Positions 1 through 12,925 of a stretch of 64,000 nt of DNA are shown piece after piece. Each line of letters starts with the position of its first letter. Within the stretch, counting starts at the first letter, position 1. The translations under genes were made by a program, and so were the position numbers. The notes under the pieces were generated by a model, which was not told where the DNA came from, did not search any database, and was given only the letters and a program-made list of their open reading frames with translations. The DNA is taken from the NCBI RefSeq assembly GCF_001194135.2, contig NC_068985.1, forward strand, positions 80,882,061 through 80,946,060, read 5' to 3'. The stretch is from Octopus bimaculoides (lineage: Eukaryota).

Positions 1-38
<38 letters not shown>

Positions 39-39
39 A
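1..39. repeat. (ACT)n microsatellite
   Basis: About 13 perfect ACT units at the window start. Confidence 0.95.
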
Positions 40-427
40 CAATATTTATAGAGCACGCCATCCAAGTTTTCAATTTGCATATAATAATATTAACTCAAAT
101 TTAATAAAAATAATATTTGAAATTTCCTATTGGTGGCTGTTAGTAGTTAATTCTATGTATTTTGGTCAATGATTTGATATTGAATGGTGTAGGGTTAGTT
201 TTGAAGTAGTTTCTGAGACAGGATTGGAAGATATCTGTTCAATTAAGGAGGAGCCATAAGTATTGATCATTTTGTAGATCAGAACTGTTGTTTTTGACGT
301 TCTACACTATGTTCTTAGTAGTAAATGGAAACTGGATGAGACATCAATAAATTTAAAACATTTGAATATCTTGACTTAGAATATTTTCAAAGCTATGTGA
401 ATAAAATTTTACATTATTGTACATGAG

Positions 428-630
428 GTGCAGGCGTGGCTGTGTGGTAAGAAACTGCTTCCCAACTTCATGGTTCTGGGTTCAGCCCCACTGTAGCATC
501 TTGGGCAAGTGGTTTCTACAATAGCTACAGGCTGGACAAATCCTTGTGAGTGGATGTGGATATATATATATATATATATATATAAATATTCATGCATACT
601 TATGTGTACATGTGTGTGTGTGTGTATGTG

Positions 631-724
<94 letters not shown>

Positions 725-725
725 G
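428..725 (+). mobile_element. tRNA-derived SINE family A, head half plus compound microsatellite
   Basis: gtggctgtgtggtaag...gggttcagccccactg...cttgggcaagt matches other copies in the window; followed by (TA)/(TG)/(CA) runs. Confidence 0.8.
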
Positions 726-974
726 TATATTAACATAATATTAGTGGCAAGCAGTGTTTAGACATAAGCAAAGTTTAAGTTAGTTTGTGACATATTTCAA
801 TTGCTAAAAGACAAATTCACTGCAGTTACCATGGAGAAAATTTTCTCTTATGGTAGAATGGTGTAAACAAAACCATATCTGTTCAGTGTCACCATCTATC
901 AATGTGTAATAAACATTTAGCATGAATTGCATCATGAACTGAACTTTGGGAGTAACAACTAATAATGCAATTAG

Positions 975-1128
975 GATATAGGGTGGTTAGTGTTAGGAAG
1001 GTCATCCAGCCATAAAAGCCATGTCAAAACAGACACAGTAGCCTGGTGTAGTCTCCTACCTGGCCAGCTCCTGTCAAACCATCCAATCTATGCCAGCATG
1101 AAAGATGGATGTTAAATGATGATGATGA
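975..1128 (+). mobile_element. RTE LINE 3' end fragment
   Basis: taggaaggtcatccagc...atgccagcatg...gttaaatgatgatgatga matches the 3' terminus of the RT-bearing copy at 48343-50412. Confidence 0.75.
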
Positions 1129-2321
1129 TATATATACATGCATGTTTATTTATCTGTTAGGCTTATGGTGATGAAATAAAGCTAAAACATTCAATGTATG
1201 TTGTAAGCCACTCTTTAAAAAAAAAAAAAAAATGTAATCCTCTCTCTTCAAAAAAAAAAAAAAAAAAAAAAAAAAGAAAAATTCAGAACAATAAGGCAAA
1301 CAGTCCAAAAGCATTTTTCATTACCTTCATAAAATTTAGAATTAAACATTTTAAGGATAGAAAATGAAAAAAATGAAAGTATTTATAAAATGAATGACTG
1401 TCACATTGAGTTTGTTAGTTGATATTTGTACATACAGTTATTGGGACTCATTTTCTAATATCTCAACAACTCGTTTAACACTCCACCAAAGGAACATCTG
1501 TGTAGTTGATCAACATGAGAAAAATAACAGCTGAATCTCTCTCAGGTAATTTATTGTCTTGAAAAAGAACACATTGGACAAAGTAGTCCAAGACACAATG
1601 TCTGAAAAAGGGGGAAAAAAATGGGGAGTCATGGCTGGGATGATTTTGCTCATAGGTCTTCTTGAGCAGGACAGACCTGATATCAAAAATTCATAACAAT
1701 GACTTTTGTGGAAAGTTATGTTTCATGAAGACAATTTATTTCAGTCTATTAATAAGACGGTTAATGTATCTTCTAGAATTTTGAATATTTTCTCAACTGG
1801 ATTATTTTGTTCACCAAATGATGTTTTAACACTCACCAGTTGTCTTTTATCTTGTTACTGAACAATGAAAATATATTTTAAATGATACATGCACACACAG
1901 ATACACATTCATGCATAAATATAGTTATAAATAAATAGATAGTATCTGCATGCTGTTAGTTGTTATATGTGTCCACATCATATTATATCAATTATTTTTC
2001 CCTATTGCAAGATCAATTTTTACAAAATTGGTTGTATGAGTGATCAAAATGGTTCCAGTACTTTATTGATATTTGTCTTATTAACTGTTGGGTAATGAAA
2101 AGCAAAATTAACCCTGCTAAGACTTTACCCTGAATTAAATATAATAAGACATTTAGTATGGTGCTCTACCATTTCTGCTAACTTCCCACTCACATATTCC
2201 AGTTGATTAGGAAAAGAAAGAAAACCTTTTAAAAGAGATTTTTGAAGGGGATTTTGATTGCTATTATTATGTTGACAGTTAACACAATATGTTACATAAG
2301 TAATAGGGCTCTTTTGTCTAG

Positions 2322-3791
2322 TTCAATCGAATAATATGCATATCTTTATTGGATCGGTATCTTGTACATTCTCTGGCACTTGCTTCAGACTATTACTCTA
2401 TCAGTACTTATACGGTATTTTCCTTTTTCTTTTGTCATTATGTTTTTCTCTTTTTTGGTTGGTTTGAAAATTTTAAGTCTATACAAGTAGACACTTGTCA
2501 AATGAAGTAGTTAAATTTCAGATAACATCATCTAACATTACTTTCAGGAGTCAGAAGGATCTCTTCTTACTTTTTCTTCCATTAAGAATGCATTTTATAA
2601 TTATGAAATAGCTTGCAAATCCTGTAACTTACAATTTATCAAAACTTAACTGGACATATTGAGTCATTTGTCAATTTCAAAGTCAAGTAGCTAATCATGT
2701 GACTAATTATGATTACATGCTGTTTTCTTCAATATGTAATCTTAGTTTAAGTCTTGAAATTTGATTAATGCTTATTGCTTTCCTAAGAGCCACTTAAAAA
2801 TGGATGTTTTGATAGTAAAGATTAAAAGTCTTTTGGTGCATTTTTCTACTCTAACTTACTATTTTGTCATGGAAAACTCATTAAAAACCAACAAATAAAT
2901 GTATATATAAATACAAAATGTAAAAAGTTAATATCAAAGTAAAAATGTCTATAGTAACTTTTGAAAAAGAATTTATAAAATTGTATTGATATTTCATTTT
3001 GTGATGTTGATAGTTTCCATGTGGATCAATCTCCCATGTTTTGAAGCTGCCTTCTTCAGTAATCATAAGTGCAGGCTAGGAGGTCTTTGGAATAATGAGG
3101 ATTATGAAATAGAGTTAAGATAAATAGCACCAAATTAATATAGAATTTCATAAATTAGATTGAAATAAAAGGAGGCATTGTTGAATCACTTTAAAATCAC
3201 TTTTTAGATAATTATAGTTGGGAATTTTCTTTGATGAAATTTCTACTTTTCTTTTGTATGGAACTGGTATTAAATATATTTTTTAAATTTTATTTTTACA
3301 TTTATTTGATATAAAGGGACAGATATTTTGGAAAATTCTCATCAGGCAATAAGCAGTCCATTTAGAGAACATTTTGGGCAAAACCTTGTCATAATTAATA
3401 TTTTTAATACAATGTGATGTAATAAAAGAACAATGCATAACTTTAGAATGGAATATCTTGAATATTAAATCTTTACATTAATGGGATTTAGGAAATTTAT
3501 TTTCATTTTTTATTCTCTTTTAATTTCACACTCCATTTTGATAATTTCAAATAATATGTACTAAATGTTACCAATTGCATAGGTATTCTAAAAGTTTATA
3601 AACTGAGGAAAATGTATTGAAAGGGTAATTGTTAAATGCTAATACAGGATATTAGCTAATGTAAATGGGTGTTAATAAAATGTTTTACATTCATATATTT
3701 CAAAGATATAGGTATCAGAATTAGTGGAATACCTGCCAGTGACAGCATTGACCTTAAAATTTCCAAGTTTTTAACAATATATACCAGCCTG
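2322..3791 (+). CDS. Candidate host-gene exons (2322-2414, 2548-2623, 3014-3082, 3712-3791), product unknown
   Basis: AG/GT-bounded, stop-free, phase-compatible segments in non-repeat DNA. No recognisable homology, and some splice sites are weak. Confidence 0.22.
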
Positions 3792-3958
3792 GTATTGTGA
3801 TTTATTCAGTCAACTGTTCTCTCTCTTCATAATTTCATAATTTCTGGCCACAAAGGAAATAATGATTATTTATACACTTATTACATCTATTATATTTAAT
3901 GACACTAAATCATATATTGTACACTTTAAATCTGCTTTATAAATGCGATTACATGTGC

Positions 3959-4016
<58 letters not shown>

Positions 4017-4245
4017 GTTTGTATGCGCATATACATGTATGTATGAGTATGTGTGTGCGAATGCATGTATGTATTTTTGTGTGTGTATATGTATGTATGT
4101 AAGTATACATGTATGCATGTATGTATGTATGTATGTATGTATCTATTATATTTCTACATGTAAATATGTACTTTACAACAAAAGCTGAATAATTCTTTGG
4201 GTGAATATTACATTCTTTTTATTATGACTGAACATACGAAGCAGT

Positions 4246-4450
4246 GAGCTGGCAGAATTGTTAGCTTACTGGACAAAATGCTTAGCGGCACTTTGTCTTT
4301 ATGTTCTGAGTTCAAATTCCACCATGGTTGACATTGTCTTTCATCTTTTTGAGGTCAATAAAATAAGTACCAATGAAGCACTGGGGTTGATGTAATCGAC
4401 TTGCCCCCTCCTCTAATGTTTCAGGTTCTTGTGCCTGTAGCAGAATTGAT
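4246..4450 (+). mobile_element. tRNA-derived SINE family B
   Basis: gcagtgagctggcagaa head, ctgagttcaaattcc B-box, and central tttcatc...gtcaataaaataagtacc...actggggttgatgtaatcgac shared with other copies. Confidence 0.8.
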
Positions 4451-4533
4451 CATAACTCAATATAAAAGTAAACATTAGTACACACACACACACATACACA
4501 CATGTATATAGGTATTTACACACACATACACAT

Positions 4534-4534
<1 letters not shown>

Positions 4535-4586
<52 letters not shown>

Positions 4587-4712
4587 TTAACATCTATTTT
4601 CCATGCTGGCATGAGATGGATGGTTTTACAGGAGCTTGCAAGTAAGAACATTGTGCTATGCTCCACTGTCTGTTTTTGTACTGTTTCTACAGCTGGATGC
4701 TCTTCATAATAT
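4535..4712 (-). mobile_element. RTE LINE 3' end fragment with (CAT)n tail
   Basis: (CAT)n followed by ttccatgctggcatg...tttctacagctggatgc, the reverse complement of the RTE terminus. Confidence 0.75.
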
Positions 4713-5429
4713 TTGTGTGTATAAATGCAACATCACTGAATGGTTAAGAAGCTTGTTTAGAAGTCACAAGGCTCCATTTTTGAGCCCACTGTATAATATC
4801 TTGGGTAGGTTTCTTTTACTATAGACTGAAGTTGATTTAAATCTTGCATGTAAAACTGAGATGATGGAATTCAAAGACAAAGCCTTGTCACACATTGTAT
4901 CATGACAATGCAACTTCTACTTGAAGGTCATTTAAAAGGTACATATTTCTGTGGCATACTTAACCACTTACGTGTTAATTCAGTAACCATATACACATCT
5001 GGACTTAGATAGACTTAGGCAGTTGCAATCTTAATTCCGATTGGTAGTCAGTATTATAACATTTAGATATTTCAGTGATTATTCATTCTGCCAGCCACTG
5101 CTGAAATAAAGGCAGTACTCTTTTAGCCACACAATGCATAAGTTATTGATACCATGTGCAGGTGGTATATAAATTAACTGGGAACAAACAAAAGATGAAA
5201 CAGTTTCTTTGTGTAATGAAGAGAAGTAATAATTGTCATAGCAAAAGTAATGAAAATACTTCCAGTGTGCTCTACTGGGAGGGAATATAACTTGGATGCT
5301 GAAATACATGCCAGGGGCAATATAGTTGTTACTATGACTTTATGTCTATGTGAATTAAACAATTGGGAAGAATAGGTCTTAGCTACATCACCACTATTTA
5401 ACTCCTCCTCCTCCTCCTCCTCCTCCTCC

Positions 5430-5469
<40 letters not shown>

Positions 5470-5496
5470 GCTCATCATCTGTCTGTCTGTCTATAA

Positions 5497-5655
5497 GGTG
5501 CTGTGTGGTAAGAAGTTTGCTTCTCAACCACATGTTTCTGGATTCAGTTCCACTATATGACACCTTGGGCAAATGTTTTCTATTATAGCTCTGGGCCAGC
5601 CAAAGCCTTGTGAGTGTATTTAGTAGACAGAAACTGAAGAAAGTCCATTGGTGAT
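5497..5655 (+). mobile_element. SINE family A head half (partner of the tail at 9618-9775)
   Basis: ctgtgtggtaagaagtttgcttctcaaccacatg...gacaccttgggcaaatg...gaaactgaagaaagtcc, then (TA)n. Confidence 0.8.
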
Positions 5656-5656
5656 A

Positions 5657-5725
<69 letters not shown>

Positions 5726-5728
<3 letters not shown>

Positions 5729-6026
5729 ATGGACTCTCTTGTTAGATGGCATATGAGGGTTTGACAATTTCTTACTGCACAACCACACAGATAATTTGTT
5801 TATAGTGATCAAATGTTTGTGTACACATAAGCTCACTTCCTCCATCAAATCGACATTACCTGTACAGGTGCAATGAGTGCCACATGTCAAATGATGAAAT
5901 GATTGCAGAGCAATGTGAAATGAAGTGTTTTGCTCAAGAACACAATGCAACTCCCAGTCTAGGAATCGAACACATGATCTTGCAATCGTGAATGCAACAC
6001 TTTAGCCACTGAGCCATGCACCTTCA
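5726..6026 (-). mobile_element. tRNA-derived SINE family D
   Basis: Minus strand reads ggtgcatggctcagtggctaaag (A-box) ... gtgttcgattcctagac (B-box) ... gtgttcttgagcaaaacactt, then a unique tail. Confidence 0.7.
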
Positions 6027-6061
6027 TAATATATATATATAGATTGATAGATGGATAGATA

Positions 6062-9000
6062 TGTTTCTTTATTGGCCACACAGGGCTGAACACAGAAGGG
6101 ACAAAATACAAAGTAGAGCTTTTCTTTTTGGGAAGAGAGAAAAAAAGTGTGGTTTAGAAATTTGATCAAAAGGGATTGTGGAAAAAAAAAAGGCCGATCA
6201 GTAAGGATCGTGTATCACAGAAATGTCATAATGTAAAACGGGGAAACAGATTAGGTTTATCCATGGAAAGAAAAGCCTATGGAAAAGACTACGGTAACCT
6301 CGGGCAATAATGCCATGCAAAAAAACACATTACAGTAAGTGACTCTCCTTTTTTGTTTCCTTTTTTGATTCATAGGATTATGCTCAAGGTGGCTCCTTCA
6401 TTCACACGTGCCATCCTTGCTACATTCACCCATCTTTTTTTGAAACATTCACTAGACAAAACTTGCCTCTCTACTCACACTTTCCTCTTCAAGGGATACT
6501 TGAAAAGTTGATGAGAGATTGACCAGAGAGGAAAGTGTTTGTCTCTAGACCTTTCAGATGCATCCACCATACACATTCTTTTGCCATGGCCACAAGTACA
6601 ATGAAAATGGCTCTTCCTTCCTGTTTCAAGGAAGGAGGTGTGACAATATTCACGATAGACTCCATTGATAAACTGACTGGTCCCACACGCGATAACAATC
6701 GTTCAACATAGGCCCACAGATCGGAAATGGTTGGACAATGTATGAGTGCATGCAGAATGGTTTTGTCACTCTAACTGCATCTTGGGCAGGTTAGCCCCAT
6801 GTTTCTCAAGCCATGCTTGTAGAGCTTATCCTGAATGGGTAGTGCTTCTTGATAGCACTGCCAGGCCAGGGATCTCTGGAAGTTGTCCCATAGGTCCTGG
6901 CCTGAAAGTTGTCTAGAAGAGGCGGGTCAGGTATTCCTCATTGATGCCCAGGTTTGCCCTGAGTTTGTCGTCGTACCTCCCCTCCACCAGTCCCCTATAG
7001 AATGCTTTTGTTGTGTTGGAGTTGCTCAAGGTCGATCCGGGACAGCATAGTTGTTCGAGAGCAACACAACACTCACGGTGCCATTCACCCTTCCTCGGCC
7101 TTTTTTGATCCACGACTGCAGTTTTGTGATGGAGATGAGGTGCTGGAAAGCACGCCTCACCAACGCCAACCACACCTGTTCACTATCGTCTACGTAGTGC
7201 CGGAGATGTTGCAGTCTCAGTGCATGTCTGTGCATCATCAACCACGGCATGCCCAGCCCCCCTTTTAACGGGTGTTGGCAGCAAATGGATCGCCTGACCA
7301 TCGGAATGCATCCTTTCAACAAGAAGCAGAAGAGAATGCATTCCAGTTTAGTGATGGTGGGGTTGAGACAAGTCATGATGGTCAGGCGGTAGTAGATGAC
7401 AGACGCGATGTACGTGTTCGCCACCTCCACCCGACCTTTTAGGGACAGCTTCCTCTCGGCTCATTGCCGCTCAAGAGTGATCATCCTACTCATTATCTTG
7501 TTCCAGTTCTTCTCCGTTTGCAGTTTCAGACCAAACCAGACCCTGAGCAACTCTATTGGACTGTCGGTCCAGCGCCCCACCATGGAGGCGCTGGTGGATG
7601 GCATGGGCTTGCTTCTCCAGGTGCTGAGCCGCAAGTCCACTGACTTTTCCTGGTTGATTTTCACTCCTGTTATCGCTTCATAGTCTTTCAGTGTCTTGCC
7701 AACCATCTCGATGTGCTCCTGGCTAGACACTATGATGGTGACGTTGTCTGCATATGCAGACATGCTCATCTCGCATCCCAAATCTCGCAGGATACCCCTC
7801 AGCATTGCCAGCTTCCGCAGTAGTGGCTCAAGAGTCAATATGTATAAAAGTGATGAGAGGAGGCATCCCTGATGGACCAAACGTGCAATGTTGAACGGTC
7901 TTGATAGATGTCCATTCATGCGAATTACCGAATGGATGCCTCTGGACAAAGCAGGTATCCAGCCGCAGAAGACGGGACCAAAACCAGCCATTATGAGGAC
8001 AGCCTCCAAGTATTGATTGTCTACCCTATCGAAAGCTTTGGATAGATCAAAATTGATCAGGGCCCCACCCATGCCAGGTTCCTTAACTACCCTGTCTATG
8101 ATGTAGCACATCAGATGAAGGTTGTCATGGATGCTCTGGCTCAGCACAGCGCACGTTTGCACCTTGTCGACCAGTTTCTCGAGGACAAGTGCGAACCTCT
8201 TGGCTAACACCTTGGCCAAAATTTTCAAGTCTGCATTGAGCAGAGTGATAGGCCTAAAGTTATCTATTACGTCCCCCTTGTTTGGATCTTTCTTCAGCAG
8301 TGTTACAGCTCCTCGGCTCACAAAACCGGGGATGCTCCCGTTTTGCTGCCAGTTGCAGTACACTGCTGCCAAGATTTCTCCAAACAAGTCTGGCATACAA
8401 CTGTAAAGCTCGTAGGGTAGACCATCGAAAGCTGGCGATTTGTCCCGCGAGCATTCTGCCATCGCGTCCTGCACTTCCATCACCATGATGGCACCTTCGC
8501 AGCACTCTGCCTCTCTTGTCGAGAGTCGTGGCAGGCTGTGTAGGTAGGCACTGAAGTCCACCCTGCATTCTCGCTCACCACTGAGCAGTCGGGCAAAATA
8601 CTGTTGAAAGGCCTCACACATTTTACTTGACTTGAGTAATTTGTGCCCCTGTTCATCTACCAGAGACTGAATGGTGGCTTTGTTGCCCTGTTGCACCTCT
8701 GCCACCCAGGCCTCTCGTTTGGCTCCAACACCTTCGTTTCTTAGAGCATGCATCCTAGCCCTGACAACACACCCTTTGTGTTTGACATTGAAGTGTTTGT
8801 CGAGGGCCAACCTCACTGCCAAAATGCCAGGTACGATGCCACTTCTAATCGCCTCTTCTAGCTTCTTAACTAGGTCACGCTCTACTCTGTTTCTGTCTAT
8901 GGCTAGTGCTTTGCTATACCTAACTGCTTCTGCTTTTATTGCTCTCTTGAGGGCAAACCACCATTTGTTGTTGATGATGGCTCCTGTCAAAGTCCTCTTT

Positions 9001-9555
9001 ACTAGCTTTTCTGGCTATTTGCCATTCCTCACTGCTTTCATGTTCCGACGAAATTTCTGAGGAATCGGAAGGGGATAGGGGCATGTTGTAAGCTTCTATG
9101 TGTACTTGTGTAAGTGGTTGTGTTGTTGTTTTCCTTGATGTTGGTTGTTGACTGTTTGTGTGTGGTGTATGTGATGCAGGGGAAGGGGAATCAGTTTTTG
9201 TATTGTCTTTTGGTTTTTCTGTTTCTTTAGTTCTTGCTGTTGTTGTTGGTGCTTTTCCAGGTGCTGTTGTGTGTTCATTTGTTGGTGTTGGTGGGTTTGG
9301 TTGGTGTGTTTCTTTTGTCATACTCCCTTTGCTTGTCTTCTGTGTTGATGGTGGTGTGGGTAGTAAGGGTTCTTTTTTTCCTTTTGCTTTTTCCTTGTTG
9401 TGGTTGTTGTTCTTTTTCTTATTTTTGCTGTCCCTTCACTGTTGGGCACCAAGTTTTTAGGTGCTCTTTGCTGCCACACAAGTAACATCGAGGCCTCTTA
9501 CCTTCTACCACCACGTATAGGTTATGGCCGTCTGGCAGCTCAATTTGGCGTGGGA
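6062..9555 (-). mobile_element. Tx1/L1-clade non-LTR retrotransposon, 5'-truncated and endonuclease-deleted
   Basis: ORF1 CCHC knuckle CYLCGSKEHLKTWC (9446-9487), RT ORF, C-terminal CPRC-x8-H-x4-C knuckle (~6735-6790), and AATAAA at 6068-6073 on the minus strand. Confidence 0.9.
7461..8990 (-). pseudogene. LINE ORF2 reverse transcriptase (decayed)
   Basis: Motifs KSPAFDGLPYELY, NFRPITLLNADLKILAK, DLSKAFDRV, HQGCLLS, YADN (from YADD). Downstream ORF2 is broken by stops and frameshifts. Confidence 0.9.
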
Positions 9556-9564
9556 TTAGATAGA

Positions 9565-9611
<47 letters not shown>

Positions 9612-9617
9612 CTAGCT

Positions 9618-9775
9618 ATGTGTGTTTGTTTTTCTGTCTTTGTTTGCCTCTCACCATCACTTGACAACTAGTGTTGGTTTATTTATGTTCTGAAAATCCA
9701 TGGTTTGGTAAAGAGAGACTGACAGAATAAGTACCAGGCTTAAAAGATCAGTACTGGGGTCTATTTGTTGGACCC
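9618..9775 (+). mobile_element. SINE family A tail half
   Basis: cacttgacaactagtgttgg...gactgacagaataagtaccaggc...gtactggggtc matches the tail of the full copy at 10770-11170. Confidence 0.75.
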
Positions 9776-10086
9776 TTCAATGGTATATAGATACATATAC
9801 TTTGCTTTTCATTTGCTTGAGATCATGAAAATATGTACCCTCTGTGGTGGACTAGTTGAAAACATGGATGGATTATTAAGATGTTTACTTCATAAAGTTC
9901 AATCCCTTTGAGTGGTACTAAAGGTAAATGCCTTCTGCTGTAACCAAAGATTTTTCAGTGCAATTGGGCAGATGGGAACTGTGCAGAGGCTCATCTAATG
10001 GATTATAGCAGTCATTCAAAAGGTTAACATTCTTTCTGCTGATTCCTCAGGAGGGTTTCATTACAGCTATCTATAACTGTGTTGTT

Positions 10087-10490
10087 GTGGAGGCGCAATG
10101 GCGCAGTGGTTAGGGCAGTGGACTCGCGGTCATGGGATCGCGGTCATGGGATCGCGGTTTCGATTCCCAGACCAAGCGTTGTGAGTGTTTATTGAGCGAA
10201 AACACCTAAAAGCTCCACGAGGCTCCGGCAGGGGATGGTGGCGAACCCTGCTGTACTCTTTCACCACAACTTTCTCTCACTCTTACTTCCTGTTTCTGTT
10301 GTGCCTGTAATTCAAAGGGTCAGCCTTGTCACACTGTGTCATGCTGAATATCCCCGAGAACTACGTTAAGGGTACACGTGGCTGTGGAGTGCTCAGCCAC
10401 TTGCACGTTAATTTCACGAGCAGGCTGTTCTGTTGATCGGATCAACTGGAACCCTCGACATCGTAAGCGACTGAGTGCCAACAAAACAAA
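10087..10490 (+). mobile_element. tRNA-derived SINE family C
   Basis: A-box tggcgcagtgg, B-box gtttcgattcc, body highly similar to 21044-21424, (CAA)-type tail. Confidence 0.9.
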
Positions 10491-10769
10491 CAATGTAGCT
10501 ACACAACCACGTACACTATATTTCAATGTGTAGTATGATTCAATGAGTGAATTCAGGGTATTCTCATTGAAACTAATTCAAGGTGCATGTATTTGATTTA
10601 TTGGGATCAGTTCAATAGACTATACCCCAAATGTGTGACCTTCTGCTAATGTGGGAAACCCTAGGTTCCAAAGATTTTTTCAGATTACAGATTTTCCCAA
10701 ACCAGGGATTGTCACCTTGGTCAAAACCCTCTAAATTAAACAAAATATTAAATTTACCTAAATAATTAG

Positions 10770-11170
10770 GGTACAAGTATGGCTGTGTGGAGGGCACAAG
10801 CATGACTGTATGATAAGTGGGTTCAGTCCCATTGTGTGGCTCCTTGGACAATTGTCTTCTCTTATAGTCTTGGGCTGACGAAAGCTTTGTGAGTGGATTT
10901 GGTAGATGGAAACTGAAGGAAGCCCATTGTATATGTGTCTGCGTGTGTGTGTGTGTGTGTGTGTTTGTCTACTACCACTACTTGACAATCAGTGCTGGTG
11001 TGTTTAGGTCCCCGTAACTTAGAGGTTCAGCAGAAGAGACCAATAGAATAAGCACTGAGCTTCAAAAAACAAAAAAAGTACTGGGGTTGATTCATTTGAC
11101 TAAAAATTCTTCAAGGCAGTGCCCCAGCATGGCCACAGTCTAACAACTGAAGCAAATGAAAGAAAGGAAT
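10770..11170 (+). mobile_element. SINE family A, full length with internal (TG)n
   Basis: Head, (TG)n and tail halves are contiguous. Confidence 0.85.
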
Positions 11171-11743
11171 GAAATGAAATACAGATACCTGTACATCGGT
11201 GTAAATTACTGTGGATTATAAGAGGTTTCAGATCATCAGTGTCAAGGAAGTTGATCTCTTTCTGTATCATTCTTGTTACATAGAAAGACATTGTTAATGA
11301 GTTGTATTGCAGTTTCTGTTAACTTTCACTTCTTAATTTTGACTACATTAATTAATTAGGACTAAATGAACAACAGATAACAAAATCACAAATAAATAAA
11401 TAAATAAACAAACAAAATGAAAGTTGGTAGGTAGAGAAGGAGAGAAAAGGTAAAATAAGAAGAGCAATTGTAAAATAAGTTTCCCCCATACCTTAGTACA
11501 TATGACTGTTGTTTACTCATATAACTTAGAATTCTTATGACATTTTCATAAAGGTCACTTGCATAAGTCAAGTGGAGGTCAAAAAGTCACTGATTCTTCA
11601 TTGATTTCAACAATACCTTCTTGTACACACACAAATATAACTCAAATTAATACACATTCATACATAAAATGCACATACATATATATACACACTTACAAAC
11701 ACAAATAAATGATATAGATGCACTTTTCAATATAAATTATATA

Positions 11744-11797
<54 letters not shown>

Positions 11798-12439
11798 AGC
11801 TATAGGTGTGTATATGCATCAAATTATATATATAAATGTAGGTATTGATGTATACATACACTCCTGCACATACATATGCATACTTACAGACAGACAGGTA
11901 CTGTATACACTATCACATCTTTGTGTGTACATTTTTTTTATATGTTCACTAAATATTAGACTTGCACATACTTATGTACATACTTACTCTGTGTGTGTGT
12001 ATGTGTATATTAATTATCTGCATGTATTATATATGTATGTATATATATGTGTGTGTGTGCGCGTGTGTGTTTATAATGTGTGTATGTGTAATATAAGAGT
12101 GAGGGACAGAATATCTCCCTTAGAAATAAATATTTCTAGCATTTTACACAACTATGATAAGTTGGCAGTTTCTTGACATTTTCTAAAAGGTTGTTGTTTA
12201 TATTTGTGTGGAGGAAATACTTACTGTCTCCTTTTGTTTGTAACATAATCTAAAAGACCATTTTGAAATGTCTTTATTGCACTACAATTTTGATAGGCAA
12301 CCCTTTAAATACTAATGAGAAATTAATTGTATACAAAAAGGAATAGTTTGAATATAAAATATTTCAAACCAAAAAATCTACAACTACTACAACAAATACA
12401 ATAATAAAAAATTAATTATTAGTTAAAATAATAATATTT

Positions 12440-12466
12440 TCAATAATAATAATAATGATGATGATG

Positions 12467-12510
<44 letters not shown>

Positions 12511-12925
12511 TCTTTCTACTATAGGCACAAGGCCTAGAATTTGAGGGGAAGGTGATGGTCGATCACATCAACCCCAGTGCATAACTGGTACTTAATTTAT
12601 CGACCCTGAAAGGCAAAGTTGACCTTGATGGAATTTGAATTCAGCATGTAAAGATGGATGAAATACTGTTAATCATTTTGTCTGGCATGCTAATGATTCT
12701 GTTAGCTTGCTACCTCATTAATAATAATAATGGTTTCAAATTTTGGCCCAAGACCAGCAATTTTGAGGGAGTGGGTAAGTGGATTACATCAACCTCTGGT
12801 ACTTATTTTATCAACCATGAAAGGATAAAAGGCAAAGTTGACCTGTGTGGAGTTTGAACTCAGGAAATAAAGAATTTGAAGAATGCTTAAATATTCTGTT
12901 CAATGCACTCACACCACCAATACCA
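12440..12925 (-). mobile_element. Two tandem SINE family B copies (12505-12716, 12725-12925) with (AAT)n tails
   Basis: Each contains ggtacttaatttatcgacc...aaaggcaaagttgacc...tttgaa(t/c)tcag, the reverse complement of the family B core. Confidence 0.75.

Noticed and set aside
2881-3066. Minus-strand 61-aa ORF MITEEGSFKTWEIDPH...
   Set aside because: No convincing splice donor or homology; overlaps a plus-strand exon candidate, and neither is proven.
10087-10165. tRNA-like sequences at SINE heads (also 21044, 5960-6026, 17465-17540)
   Set aside because: A/B boxes continue into SINE bodies and have no proper acceptor stem; not tRNA genes.
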